Part shown: piece after piece, positions 1 through 12,594 of the stretch | Layout: every line of letters starts with the position of its first letter | Position numbering within the stretch: position 1 is the stretch's first letter | Made by a program: the position numbers and the translations under genes | Source: Octopus vulgaris | Lineage: Eukaryota | NCBI GenBank assembly: GCA_951406725.2 | Contig: OX597823.1 | Span: 23,808,001-23,872,000, forward strand | DNA: 64,000 nucleotides | Direction: 5' to 3' | Notes under the pieces: model-generated | What the model was told of the DNA's origin: nothing | The model's database searches: none | The model's input: the letters and a program-made list of their open reading frames with translations, nothing else

Positions 1-194
1 ACATTTCAGAGTTCTTCACTTTGAAACCAAAAGAGTTTTACTTTGATGGGATTAAAAAGCTTGTAAATAGATGGAAGGAAGTCATAGATAATCAGAGAAA
101 GCACATTGTTGATTAAATTTCAATTAAATATAACATTTGATCACTTGTTTTCTTTATTCAAAATTCAGACAGAACTTATGAGATGACCTGATAT
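1..194 (+). mobile_element. Mariner transposon 3' end (transposase C-terminus and right TIR)
   Basis: Frame from nt 3 reads ISEFFTLKPKEFYFDGIKKLVNRWKEVIDNQRKHIVD*, a typical mariner C-terminus. It is followed by TIR-like AACTTATGAGATGACCTGA-TA. Confidence 0.75.
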
Positions 195-198
195 ATAT

Positions 199-925
199 CA
201 TCATCATCATCATCGTTTAACGTCTGTTTTCTATGCTAGCATGTGTTGGATGGTTCGAACAGGGCCTGGAAAGCTAGGAGGCTGCACCAGGCTCCAATCT
301 GATCTGGCAGTGTTTCTATAGCTGGATGCCCTTCCTAATGCCAACCACTCCGTGAGTGTAATGGGTGCTTTTTATGGGCCACTGGCACAGGGGCCAGAGG
401 AGGCTGGCAAACAGCCACAATCGATTGGTGCTTTTACGTGTCACCGACACGGACACTAGTCAGGCGGCACTGCCATCTCCCACATTCGGACGGTGCTTTT
501 TACGTGTCACTGGCATGGGTATCTTAACTATAATTTTCATTTGATTTTCATTTTGATGTTGATGTCTTGACACAATAGGTCTCCTCAAGAACAGCGGATC
601 ACTCTATGATCCAAGGTTAACACAGCAGGCCATCCTGCAAACCATGAACTCACTTCATTTGTTGGGTCTTCATAGTCACAGCATATCTCAGAGGTCTCGG
701 TCTTCGTCATTTCCTTTGTGAGGCCCTACGTGCCACTGGCACGGGTATCACAACTACAATATCCATACGATTTTTATTTTGATGTTGATGAACTTGACAC
801 AATAGGTCTCCTCAAGCACAGCAAGCCGTCCTGCAAGCCATGAACTCACTTCATTTGTCAGGTCTTCGAAGTTACAGCATATCTCCAGAGGTCTCAGTCT
901 TTCATCATAGCCTCTGTGAGGCTCA
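199..925 (-). mobile_element. RTE LINE 3' UTR fragment with an internal duplication
   Basis: A (CAT)n tail followed by the reverse complement of the RTE 3' end seen at 8950-9114. AATAGGTCTCCTCAAG...CCATGAACTCACTTCATTTG occurs twice (about 574 and 801). Confidence 0.75.
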
Positions 926-957
926 TATATATATATATATATATATATATAAATTTA

Positions 958-1170
958 TATGTGTGTGTCTGTGTTTGTCAACCCCACCGTCACTTGACAG
1001 CCAATGTTGGTGTGTTTATGTCGGCATAACTTAGTAGTTCAGCAAAAGAAACCAATAGAATAAGTACCAAGCTTACAAAGAATAAGTCCTGGGTTGATTT
1101 CTTCGACTAAAAGGCAGTGTTCTGGCATTTGCAGTTGTCAAATGACTGAAGCAAGTAATAAAATAACCAA
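958..1170 (+). mobile_element. SINE 3' portion (same family as 34059-34480)
   Basis: Shares TGTCTGTGTTTGTC...ATAGAATAAGTAC...GAATAAGTCC...GACTAAA...TCAAATGACTGAA with the full copy at 34 kb. Confidence 0.75.
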
Positions 1171-1439
1171 AAGAGAATTGTATATAATCCTTCTACTGCC
1201 TATTTTCCTTTCTTGCTTAGCTCAGACAGTACTACTGATTCTCCTTCTGTATGGTTGGATAAACTACATGTCACTAAAACCCAACTGATTCTAAGTTTAG
1301 TAAAGTTTTTCCAGTCAGATATGTTTTCCAAGGAGGAAGAGAAATGGAGAAAATGATTGTATTCAATGATGTCAAAAGCAGCTTACTCATGCACAAACAC
1401 ACAGACATGCACAGACATGCAGACAGACAGACAGACAGG

Positions 1440-2270
1440 ATGTTCTGCAAATCATGGTAGACCAAAATCTCATCATAACTGTTGAGGAACTAGCAGAGAA
1501 GCTTGAATTTGGTCAATCAACCATACATCAACACCTGTGTGCTGTCGGAAAAGTCTGCAAAGTGAGTGAACGAAATCCTTACAAACTGTCCATGTCTAAT
1601 CACACACACAGAGCATATTTGTGCTCTTCTTTGCTGTCACATGTCACAAATGAACCTCCTTTGGACTGAATAGTGATTGGTGATTAGAAATAGGTTCTCT
1701 ATAAAAATGTCAAGTGCCAAAGACAGTGGTTCGGGAAGGGAGAAACACTGGTACTCCAGGCTAAAGGTCTTCATCCACATAAAGTGCTGTTATCTGTTTG
1801 TTGGGATATGAAAGGTTTAGTCCACTTTGAAGTTTTAAATCCAAAGCAAATGATAACAAAGGAGATCTACTGTGAGCAGCTTAAGTCTAGAAAAGGAAAA
1901 AATGACCATCTTTGGTTTCAGGACAAAAGGTGTTCTTCCATCAGGGTCATGCTCAGCCACATACAGTAAGGATGACCTGCCAAAGGCAGAAGCGCTTTGA
2001 AATGGAAACAATATCCCTGCCACCATATTCTCTGAATATTGCCTCATCTGATTATCATTTATTCCGTAGTCTTCAGAATCATTTGGATGGGAAAAATATG
2101 AATTCTGTAGAAGATGTCAGAACAGTACTGGAGGAATATTTTTCATCACAGAGAAGTGAATTTTGGAAGGGGGAACTTGGATGTTTACTAGATAGATGGA
2201 AAAGCTTTGCAGAAAATGAAAGAGAGTATATTTTAGATCCAAAAGAAACTTTGTTCATCTTAATTTTATA
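1440..2270 (+). mobile_element. Decayed mariner transposase
   Basis: Broken frames give an HTH (ITVEELAEKLEFGQSTIHQHL), LLSVCWDMKG, PPYSLNIASSDYHLFRSLQ (YSPDLAPSD-like) and LDRWKSFAENEREYILD. Several stops and frameshifts are present. Confidence 0.85.
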
Positions 2271-2315
2271 AAAAAAAAAAGTATAAGAATCGGCATTATT
2301 ATTGGAATTACTCAA

Positions 2316-3890
2316 TCATCATCATCATTTAATGTACATTTTCTATGTTGGCATGGGTTGGACGCTTTGACTGGGGCTGGTAAGTTGAAAGGCTGAACCA
2401 GACTCCAGTCTGATTTGGCATAGTTTTGAATGGCTGGATGCTCTTTCTAATGCCAACTACTCCGAGAGTGTAATGGGTGCTTTTATGTGCCAACGGTATG
2501 GGTGCCATTTGCATTACACCAGTATCTGCCATGAATGTGAATTTGGTTGGCTTGATAGGTCTTCTTCTCAAGCATGCCACAATGCCAAAGTCTCAGTCAT
2601 TGCTTTAATGGGGCCCAATGTTCAAATGGAACTCAGCCACATTGCCTCCACGAGGCCCAATACTCGAAAGGTGCCCTTTGCATGCCACTAGTACCAGCAT
2701 TGGTCACGACTTTGATTTCACTTGACTTGACAGGCCTTCTCAAACACAGCATATCACCAAAGATTTTGGGCAGTAGTCATCGCCTCAGTGAAGCTAAAAT
2801 TTCAAGGATCATGATTCACCACTTTGTCCTATGTCTTTCAGCACAGTTGTCTCTCTTGCACAGCACAGCTGATGCCTCTTAAACCTAACTTTTCTTTCAA
2901 GATGCTTACAATCTGCAAACAGCAGAGATAGGAGCTCTCTGAACTTTGCCCAGCCTAATCTTATTCTCACAGCTATGCCCTTGGAACATCCATCTCCGCT
3001 ACCAAACTGGTTATCTAGATAACAGAGGCAGTCTACTACATCTAGCTTGCCCCCCACCTTCATCCCCTGCATTTGATGGAGTCTGTTTTCTGTATATTTT
3101 CAGTATTGATTGTACATGTTCATCTTCCACATACAAAGGCTAGTTTCCTCGTTAACCTTCCTCTGTTATTGCTACACCTTTTATGTGTCCAAAGCTTACA
3201 ATGGGTGCATCTTATGGAATTTCTACCTATGCCTTTTCTACAGATCGAGCAGGGCCATCTACATGAAAGGAATTGTCATTTGTCTGCCTTCCTACTTAAT
3301 AAGACTTTGGTTTTTGTTAGGTTAACTCTAAGGTCTTTCGATTCTAGGCCTTGCTTCCATACCTGGAACATCTTCTTTTGTTAAGTTAGTGATTCAGTTA
3401 TAAGAGCAAGGTCATCAGCATAGAGGAGCTCACAAGGGCAGCCTGTCTTGAATTCCTCTGTTTTTGCCTAGAGTACTATGATGACCAAGAGGGAGCTGCA
3501 CATCGATCCTCGGTGAACCCGTATTTGTACCCTGAATTCTTTGCTGGACACATTGCCAACGCTCGCCTAACTTATAGCATCTTTGTATATAGCTTGTACA
3601 ACTCTCACCAACCACTTGACTAACACTAGTTTATGAAGTGACCACTAGATAAAGGAACGGGGGATCCTGTCAAAGGTTTTCTCCTTGTCCACAAAAGCCA
3701 AATACAGAGATTTGTCTGTGGCTATGTATTTCTCCTGAAGCTGCCTTACCAGAAATAGTATCAGTGGTGCTTCACCCTGGCACAAAACTAAACTGCATCT
3801 CCTCTAAGCTAACTTTCTCCCTAATTAGTTGGGCTGATACTATCTCCATAACTTTCGTCATCTGATTCAACAATTTGATACCTCCGTAAT
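2316..3890 (-). mobile_element. Degenerate RTE LINE (RT to 3' tail), PHD-bearing family
   Basis: The minus strand encodes KLDVVDCLCYLDNQ...VRIRLGWAKFRELL, ELLYADDLAL and the PHD segment. (CAT)n tail at 2316. Confidence 0.85.
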
Positions 3891-4549
3891 TATATAAATA
3901 TATACTTTTGTCTATAAACATACATAGATACATACATACATATCTTTACTATCATCTAACATTCATACTGCCATGAGATGGATTGTTCAACATGAACAAA
4001 AGAGGCATAGGGCTACCCCAACTTTTAATTTCTGTGTTGGCATATTTTCTACAGCTAGATGCACTCTCTGAAACCAACTTAATTAGAGAGTGTACTGGTT
4101 ACATTTTATGTGGCACCAGAACTGACGAAGTCACTAAGTATCCACAAGACAAGACTTAATGGTTATAATAATGAGGGATAAGAAACTAAGATGGAAACTC
4201 AGGAGTAGGTGACTTGGTAAAGAGGTGAATACTTGGTTCTCCATCTCAAAAGTCAAAAGAGAAAGAGAGAGAGAGAAATAGAGAGAGATGTAATGTTAAG
4301 ATATAAAGTTGGTGTGGATGATAGAATAAGATAGAGGAGCAGAAAAGCTGGCAGTGTAGGTAAATGTGCTACAGTGTGAATAGTGTGACAGATGAGTGGA
4401 GATAAGGAATGGGTTGGATGCAGAGAATATCAGTTCAGCAGTAGGGAAATGAAAGAAAGAAATAGTGTACTCCAGAAAATTGATAGAAAAATGAGTGTTA
4501 GAGAAGGAGCTGTTGGGAAAGGCTTGACAGAACCTCAATTCTACTGCGA

Positions 4550-5235
4550 TGAATGGGTCTTCTCAAGCACAGCATATTGCCATTCATCTCAGTCCTCAAG
4601 GAGGCTCAGCATCTTGAAGTCAGTCTTCTACATTTCATCACACATTTTTCCAAGTTTCCTTCTTTTATATGCTCTTTGCACATTTTATAATCAGCACTTT
4701 TGCATACAGCTGACCTCATCCCTCTGCAGAGGTATATAACATTAAAACCCTCTGTTCTGCACACTTCCTTTGTATGCCAAATTTTAATACAGTATGTTTG
4801 TAGCTTGTTGAACAGACACACTGATGTTGCACATCCATGAGAGCATGCTAGTTTAAATTCTTTCTAGTTTTTGCCCAAGATTACATAACATGTAGCATTG
4901 CTGTTCATACACAGTCATCAAAATTGGTAATACTTTTCCGAATTTCTCCAAATAATTCTTATTCTGGCAACTATATTTACAGAGCATTCTCCTCCATTGC
5001 CAATTAGGCCACCTAGGTAACAGAAAATATATCCTACTTCTAGGGACCCTCCTGGGTATTACAGAATATATGTTTCCTGTGTAACCTTTGTGTTTATTGC
5101 TCCTGCACATTTGCCACAAACAAATTCTACTTTTTCTGTTAATCTTCCTCTGAATCCCCAGCATGTTTTATGTGTTCATAGTTTGCACTGAGTGCTGTAT
5201 GGAATTGTGACCTACTCCTTTTCTACAGATAGAGC
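4550..5235 (-). mobile_element. More degenerate RTE LINE fragment
   Basis: The minus strand matches the post-RT, PHD and 3' region of the RTE family (…ICLWQMCRSN…, GGTCACAATTCCATACAGCAC…). Confidence 0.6.
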
Positions 5236-5409
5236 AGGACTGTTTACTGAAAGGATTGGTATCCTATCTGCCTGTCTGTCTGTATGTATGTATTTATATC
5301 ATCATCATTTATCTTCCATCTTCCATGCTGGCATGTGTTGGACCATATATGTGTGTGTGTGTGTGTGTTTATGTGTGTATTGATATCTTTACATGTGTGT
5401 GTGCCTGCG

Positions 5410-5452
<43 letters not shown>

Positions 5453-5509
5453 ATGTGTGTGTGTGTGTTGTATGCATGTATGTATCATTTATATGTATGT
5501 CATTGTTCA

Positions 5510-8500
5510 GTTTTTTATCAAGATTTCTTGCCAATAGAGAAAGAACTTGTTTCTGACCAGTATCCAAGGCTTCTTCATTGGAATTTGAACATCAACAACG
5601 TGTTTTTGTTAGTATATATGTATTTATGTATTTACGCAGATTATAATGCTTTCCTTTATGCATGTATTCTCATGCATATTGTTGCATATCTAGACATGCT
5701 CATATGTATTTGAATAATAAACTTCTGGAAAGTTGTACAGATTTTTACAGTTCCAGTGACAGATTGGATCTGTAGTCTTCAAATTAGCTCTCTCTTTTTT
5801 GGTTTTGAGAGGCTTCATTTCTCACGATCGGTGTTTAGGCAGTGTGTTACATAACCCAGTGTCTCAATAATTGCAGGTATAAACGACAGAGACCTTCTCT
5901 TTGTGGCTGGTGACTTCAATGGTCACGTTGGACGACATGCTGGGGGCTTCTATGGCGTACATGGAGGCTATGGCTATGGTTCCTGCAACGAGGAGGGAAC
6001 CAGGCTGCTGGAGTTCTGCGATGCAAATAATCTTATGATTTGCAACACTAATTTCAGGAAACCAACCAGCTACCTAGTCACCTACCGATCGGGCCAACAT
6101 ACCAGCCAAATTGACTACATCCTTGCCAGGCAAAGGGAGAGATGGCTACTTATAAATGCCAAAACCTTCCCAGGCGAAGAATGTACCCCACAACATAGAC
6201 TGGTAGTTAGTGACTTTAGGATCAGGACTAGGAGGACAACCAGAAGACGACCAACATGGAGAAGAAGGATCTGGAAGCTTAAAGATCCTGCGAATGGACA
6301 GAGATTTAAGGACATGCTACTTGAAGCCTTTGACAAAGTAGAAGGGGATAGTGTATCACATGGGGTAGAGGGCAACTGGACGTTTCTAAGGGACAACCTG
6401 CTGAGAGCCACTGACCAGATCTGTGGCTGGTGCAAAGTCCCCTCTCGTCCCAAGGTAACGTGGTGGTGGAACAGTGTTGTAGACAGGGCTATTAGAGAAA
6501 AGAGACAGACTTGGAAGCACTGGAAGAATGGTGGTAGCAGGGAATTGTATCAGACTGCTAAAAGGGAAGCTAGGAGACAGGTCTATCTAGCCAGAGGGGA
6601 AGCAGATAAGAAAAAATTTGCCAATGTTCTGCGCCGTGAGGACCAAAGACTGGAGGTGTTTCGTGTTGCAAGACAGTGTGAGAGAGAGAATTGTGATGTG
6701 GTAGGAGAGAAGTGTGTTCGCATGGAAGATGGTTCACTTGCGCTAAAGAGGATGCAAAGAGAGAGGCTTGGAGAAGCCACTATGAAAGGTTGCTGAATAA
6801 AGAAAATGAATGGGATAAAGAGAGTCTGCCGAATGTTGACCCAACAGAGGGACCAGCTATCAGGGTTGATAGTTCCTTGGTAGTTAAGGCAATTAGAAGC
6901 ATGAAGACAGGGAAAGCCCCAGGCCCATCAGGTATCACTGCAGAGATGCTCAAAATATCTGGTAGTGTCGTCTATAGCCTAGTCACCCGTATAGTTAATC
7001 AGGTGATACACGAAGGAGTCATACCCAATGACTGGTGTAGCAGCATAATAGTCAACTGCTACAAAGGTAAAGGTGATGCCCTAGATACAAATAATTACAG
7101 AGGTATCAAGCTGTTGGATCAGGTGATGAAGGTTACAGAGAGGGTCATAACCCAACTAATTAGAGAGAGAGTTAGTTTAGATGAGATGCAGTTTGGGTTT
7201 GTGACAGGGAAAAGTACCACTGATGCTATATTCCTGGTAAGGCAGCTGCAGGAGAAATACCTAGCCAAAGATAAGCCCCTGTACCTGGCTTTTGTTGACA
7301 TGGAGAAAGCCTTTGACAGGGTCCCCCGATCCCTCATCTGGTGGTCAATGAGGAAACTAGGGATAGATGAATGGTTAGTGAGAGCTGTGCGAGCCATGTA
7401 CAGGGACGCTGCTAGTAAGGTGAGGGTTGGCAACGAGTACAGTGAAGAATTCCGGGGAGGTAGGGGTCCACCAAGGCTCAGTCCTCAGCCCCCTCCTATT
7501 TATCATAGTCCTCCAGGCAATAACGGAGGAATTCAAGACAGGATGTCCCTGGGAGCTCTTCTAAGCTGATGACCTTGCTCTAATTGCTGAGTCACTATCA
7601 GAACTGGAGGAGAAGTTTCAGGTGTGGAAGAAAGGTTTAGAATCGAAGGGCCTTAGAGTCAACCTAGCTAAAACCAAAGTCGTAATAAGTAGGAAGGTAG
7701 ACAAATCACAAACGCCTTCAGGTAGATGGCCCTGCTCGATCTGTAGAAAAGGTGTAGGTAGAAACTCTATAAGATGCACCAAGTGTAAGCTATGGACACA
7801 TAAGAGGTGCAGCAATGTCAAAGAAAGGCTAACTAGGAAGATGGTTTTTGTATGTGGCAGATGCTCGGGAGCATTAACCTCTGAAAATCTGCAGAAAACA
7901 ACTTCCGTCACTTTCCAGGGGGAAAAACTAGAAGTAGTTGATAGCTTCCGTTATCTTGGTGATCAAGTCAGTAGTGGGGGTGGGTGTGCTGAAAGTGTAA
8001 TGGCTAGAGTAAGAATAGCCTGGGCAAAGTTTAGGGAGCTCTTACCTCTGCTGGTGACTAAAGGCCTCTTGCTCAGAGTAAAAGGCAGACTGTATGATGC
8101 ATGTGTACGAACAGCCATGCTACATGGCAGTGAAACATGGGCCGTGACTGCTGAGGACATGTGTAAGCTCACGAGAAATGAAGCCGATGGATGTGTAATG
8201 TCAGTGTGCATGCTCGACAGAGCGTTAGTACCCTGAGAGAAATTTTGGACCTAAGGAGCATCAGTTGTGGTGTGCATGAGAGATGATTGCGCTGGTATGG
8301 TCATGTGGCGAGAATGGATGAAGATAGGTGTGTGAAAAAGTGCCAATCCCTAGCAGTGGAGGGAACCCGTGGGAGAGGTAGACCCAGGAAAACTTGGGAC
8401 GAGGTGGTGAAGCACGACCTTTGAACTTTAGGTCTCACTGATGAAATGACCAGCGACCGAGACCTTTGGAAATATGCTGTGCGTGAAAAGACCAGACAGG

Positions 8501-9500
8501 ACAAGTGAGTCCAGCCCACTTATGCATGCTTTTCCTCCCTTGGACACACAAAGACCTGTTGAGGCAAGCGAAGTCGATATCGAACCTCATCCGACGACAG
8601 GCACCTATGCCAACCCCCCTTTGCTTGCGAAGACCTGTTGGGGCAAGTGAAACTGAAATCGAAATCGGAATTGAAATTGAACCAATCCTATGACTGGCAC
8701 CCGGCAGATGCCAGGACCCCTGGACTGGAGATACGTAAAAAGCACTATCCGAATTGTGGCCGATGCCAGCGCCGCCTCGACTGGCTTCCGTGTCGGTGGC
8801 ACGTAAAAAGCACCATCCGAATCGTGGCCGAAGCCAGTGCCACCTTGATTGGCTTCCGTGCAGGTGGCACGTAAAATGCACCAATCCGACCGTGGCCGAT
8901 GCCAGCCTCGCCTGGCACCAGTGCAGGTGGCACGTAAAAAGCACCCACTACACTCACAGAGTGGTTGGCGTTAGGAAGGGCATCCAGCTGTAGAAACATT
9001 GCCAGATAAGACCGGAGCCTGGTGCAGCCTTCTGGCTTCCCAGATCCCCGGTCAAACCGTCCAACCCATGCTAGCATGGAGAACGGACGTTAAACGATGA
9101 TGATGATGATGATGATAAACCTCAACTTGTAATCTGGATAGAGCAACTGCAAATTTCTCAATAGTTCAGTGTAGGTATCCTCTTTTTCACTTATTTTCAG
9201 TGTTAACATCACTATGGAGCTAATTTATAGAACTATACACAGTTTCTCTTCTATATCCCAAATCATTATGTCAGGTCTATTGTGCTTAGAATTTGTTGAG
9301 GTTTTCACTTGGATAATCCACCAGTACTTCTTTTTATTACGAGTGGCTATGACTTCTACCATACTGTGGGTTCATATTTCTTTGTTCTCTGGGTTATCAT
9401 TCCCACGGATTTCATTATAGCATTACTTCTTCGTTACTTCATCATATCTCATTGATTAATGATATCATGATGACATTTTCGGACAACTGCATATGATGTG
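5510..9500 (-). mobile_element. RLE-type (restriction-like endonuclease) non-LTR retrotransposon 3' end, split by an RTE insertion (pieces about 5510-5878 and 9115-9500)
   Basis: Both pieces are the reverse complement of the + strand copy at 24990-25770, and they join seamlessly across the RTE (…GCAGGTATAAAC|CTCAACTTGTAATCTGGATAG). Confidence 0.8.
5885..9114 (+). mobile_element. 5'-truncated RTE-clade LINE (APE endonuclease C-half, RT, PHD finger, 3' UTR, (GAT)n tail); inactive
   Basis: GDFNGHVG, SQIDYIL and QHRLV (APE); KAPGPSGI, NYRGIKLL, QFGF and FVDMEKAFDRVP (RT). The catalytic YADD Tyr codon is TAA at 7562-7564. Frameshifts near 6745 and 7455. ATAAAC target-site duplication at 5879-5884 and 9115-9120. 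Confidence 0.95.
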
Positions 9501-9544
9501 GGTGATATGTATGGTGTTAACTCCACAATGCTTGTATCAGTTGT

Positions 9545-9574
9545 CATGTATGTATGTATGTGTGTATGTATGTA

Positions 9575-9633
<59 letters not shown>

Positions 9634-9695
9634 ATGTATGCATGTGTGTATGGATGTATGTATGTGTATGTGATGTATGTGTGTGTGTGTATATA
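9545..9695. repeat. (TG)n/(TATG)n microsatellite
   Basis: Direct inspection. Confidence 0.95.
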
Positions 9696-10239
9696 TATTT
9701 CATCATTGTTCCTTAACAACTGTAATTAAAGGGCTATTTACTATTGAAATTTTTAAATATTTTCCTGTATATGTGAGAACATTTCAATATAAAATTACCT
9801 TTAAAAGTCAATTTAAATGTTATGAAATACATTTCCTCAAGACAAAAATCACATTTAGAATTTCTAGTATTGTACAATGGTGCATAACTAATAATGGACC
9901 ACTTTAAATTTTAGTTAATTTTCCTGTCTTTTAAATCTCAAATGCATTTACTAATATTTGTTGAATTACTAACATTTGAAAAATTTCTTCTAAACTTGAA
10001 TGAGGAAGAATTATTATGTAATCTAGATTTCTCATGAATATAGGCAATAATATGTAGAATCCCCTCTTATGACCTTTCATTTCTACACTATATTCTTCCT
10101 TGAACCCTGATTTTATAAAGGTAATAATTTTGTTTCTGAAATTACAAAAGCATTCACTTGCATGTGGTACTCATGGTCAAAGGAATTAGTCGTAATCCTC
10201 CTCTCAGAAGTATGTATAAAGATGGTATTATTATCAGTA

Positions 10240-10472
10240 AAGGCGGCGAGCTGGCAGAAACGTTAGCACGCCGGACGAAATGCTTAGCAGTATTTCGTCT
10301 GCCACTACGTTCTGAGTTCAAATTCTGCCGAGGTCGACTTTGCCTTTCATCCTTTTGGGGTTGGTTAAATAAGTACTAGTTACGCACTGGGGTCGATATA
10401 ATCGACTTAATCCATTTGTTTGTCCTTGTTTGTCGTCTCTGTGTTTAGCCCCTTATGTGTAGTAAAGAAATA
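10240..10472 (+). mobile_element. Full-length tRNA-derived SINE with a 16-bp TSD
   Basis: GGCGGCGAGCTGGCAGAA (A-box-like) and GAGTTCAAATTC (B-box). Flanked by a perfect GGTATTATTATCAGTA at 10224-10239 and 10473-10488. Confidence 0.9.
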
Positions 10473-10902
10473 GGTATTATTATCAGTATTATAATTATAA
10501 CAGATAGTAATAATATTAATTTCTTTTCATGTAATCTAATATGCATAATTTAAAACAAATTTTTTTACCATATTTAATAAATAGATAACTAATTGTTGTG
10601 GCATTGAATTTCAATGTTTGTAATTGTTGTGACATAGAACCCCTATGTTTATTTGTTATCATGAACTAGAAGGAATGCCAGGGTAATAAACATTTTAAAC
10701 CACATATACTTAACATATATGCTTCATGTATTTGCTGGTAGGTTGCTATTTAGTGTAGTGAAGAATACTCTCTCAAAGCACTGGGTGTTAAAACACCTGA
10801 AAGCCATGGCCAGGTGAGACAGAGTACAACTCCTCTCCAATCCCCTCTAAGAGTGATGCGTATTAACAATTTCATCACTTTTGTGGTTTGTCAACATCAT
10901 GT

Positions 10903-11068
10903 CCCTTCAGGTTGATGGCCCTGCTCGATCTGTAGAAAAGGTATAGGTAGATACTCTATAAAATGTACCCAGTGTAAGCTATGGACACATAAGAGGTGCA
11001 GCATTATCAAAGGAAGACTAACTGGGAAGATAGTTTTTGTATGTGGCAGATGCTCAGGAGCAATAAAC
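10903..11068 (+). mobile_element. Isolated internal RTE fragment covering only the PHD finger
   Basis: Near-identical to 7715-7880 (WPCSICRKG…CTQCKLWTHKRC…FVCGRC). No 3' tail. Confidence 0.85.
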
Positions 11069-11379
11069 ATTAAGTATTTGTGGTTAGTAATGTTTATTAT
11101 GCTAGCACTGCTATTTCTTATTTGATTTCATTCTTACATATGCATTGTCTGGACATACTCACTCATGGTTTGCATGCTATGTGCATATAAATCATGACCT
11201 GTGAAATGATTCATTTCCAATTATGTTCAGGTGGATGATATAAAGAAGACATTGATATCCATCACTCCTATACAGGATTAGAGATGAGTTGTCCCTCCTG
11301 TCCATGACTTTCAGGTGTTGTAACAACTCTTGGGTTAAGAGAGAATTCTCCACCATGCTAAATTTCTCCCTACCTGCAA

Positions 11380-12435
11380 ATACATGGTGCATGTGTAGGT
11401 TATGTCATGTTTCTGTGGAAGACATCATGCATGTGATTAGCAGCTGCCTTACAATGTCATCGTAGTACTCCCTCTGTATGCAGCATGATGTTATTGCTAA
11501 AACAATTTACAATGTCATCCACAAAAAAGACTGTCCTGAAATAAACTTTGAAAATCCCTCTGTTATGGAGTACATTCATAAGCACTAACTCAAGGAATAC
11601 TGGTGGAATATTCCATCAAAACATCCACCAAATGTAAACACAACAAGCCAGATATTGTTGTTTGGGACAGAGGGGCAAAGGTTTGTACCATCACAGAGGA
11701 CATTTGCCCTACAAATATATATATCTCTTCGAAAATCAAAGAGAAAGAGGGTATCTATGGATGACTGCTTCGAAACCTCCAGATTCTATATGCAGACTGT
11801 CAATTCATATTCATACCAATAATAATTTTAGCACTAGGTTTTGTTAGTAAATGCATAAAGGAGAGTCTGGATGAACTGGAGTTTTCAGAAAAAGAAATTA
11901 ACCGGCTGATTCGTACATTAAATATGCAATCTGTGAGTGGAACAGTAAAAAATATGCAAGACTTTTCCCAAGTTCCAAATGTGAATTTGTCTGTTATCTA
12001 TATCCCTAAGATGGAGCCTCGTATCTTTGTTGGAAACCGACTCCTTCCTCTGTGGAACATTTATAATACATACATGCATGCATTCATGCTTAACACACTG
12101 CCTGAGTACCAATCTTGAGAAATTAGGCTCCTCAAAAGCTGAACAAAGACAGCTTATTCAAAGACTACAGTGGAACTGTAAAAATTTAGAAAGCTTTTCA
12201 GATGTTTATCATTTAAGTATATATTTTTGTGTATGTCTAGGCATACAAATATATTAATGAGAATGCATACATAAAACAAAGCATACAAATCTGCACCTGT
12301 ACAGACTCAAAATACTGCATGCATACATGCAAAAATACCCTATTGATGTTGAAATTCTAATGAAGGAGTGTTGTGTCTAGTTTAGAAACTGGCTCTTTCT
12401 CTATTGGTAAGAAATTGTTGAAAATAACTGAATAA
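11380..12435 (+). mobile_element. RLE-type non-LTR retrotransposon remnants (two 3' ends in tandem)
   Basis: CCHC knuckle CRLCHVSVEDIMHVISSC, then KHNKPDIVVWDR (RLE PD motif). The second 3' end at about 12090-12435 matches 25440-25770. Confidence 0.75.
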
Positions 12436-12594
12436 TACATATACACACACTTACGTGTATGTGTTATATCTGTGTGCAAATTTTGTTCATTTGCTTCACT
12501 CTATATCTTTTATTGCATTATTGTCATCTCCTCATTTTAACCTTCCTCCTAACATACATGTGGCATTGATATTTGTTTCTGTTATCATTTCCAG

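Noticed and set aside
5244-5713. ORFs rich in CV/YI/HT (also near 9.5, 33.5 and 47.5 kb)
   Set aside because: They are translations of (TG)n and (TA)n microsatellites, not genes.
8730-8945. Regularly spaced repeats resembling a CRISPR array
   Set aside because: The whole unit repeats with no unique spacers, it lies in a LINE 3' UTR, and the context is eukaryotic with no cas genes.
1-12594. Search for a signal-peptide exon or an upstream PAN-B exon of the repeat gene
   Set aside because: None was recognisable. The region is almost entirely TE-derived, though a small exon could be missed by eye.
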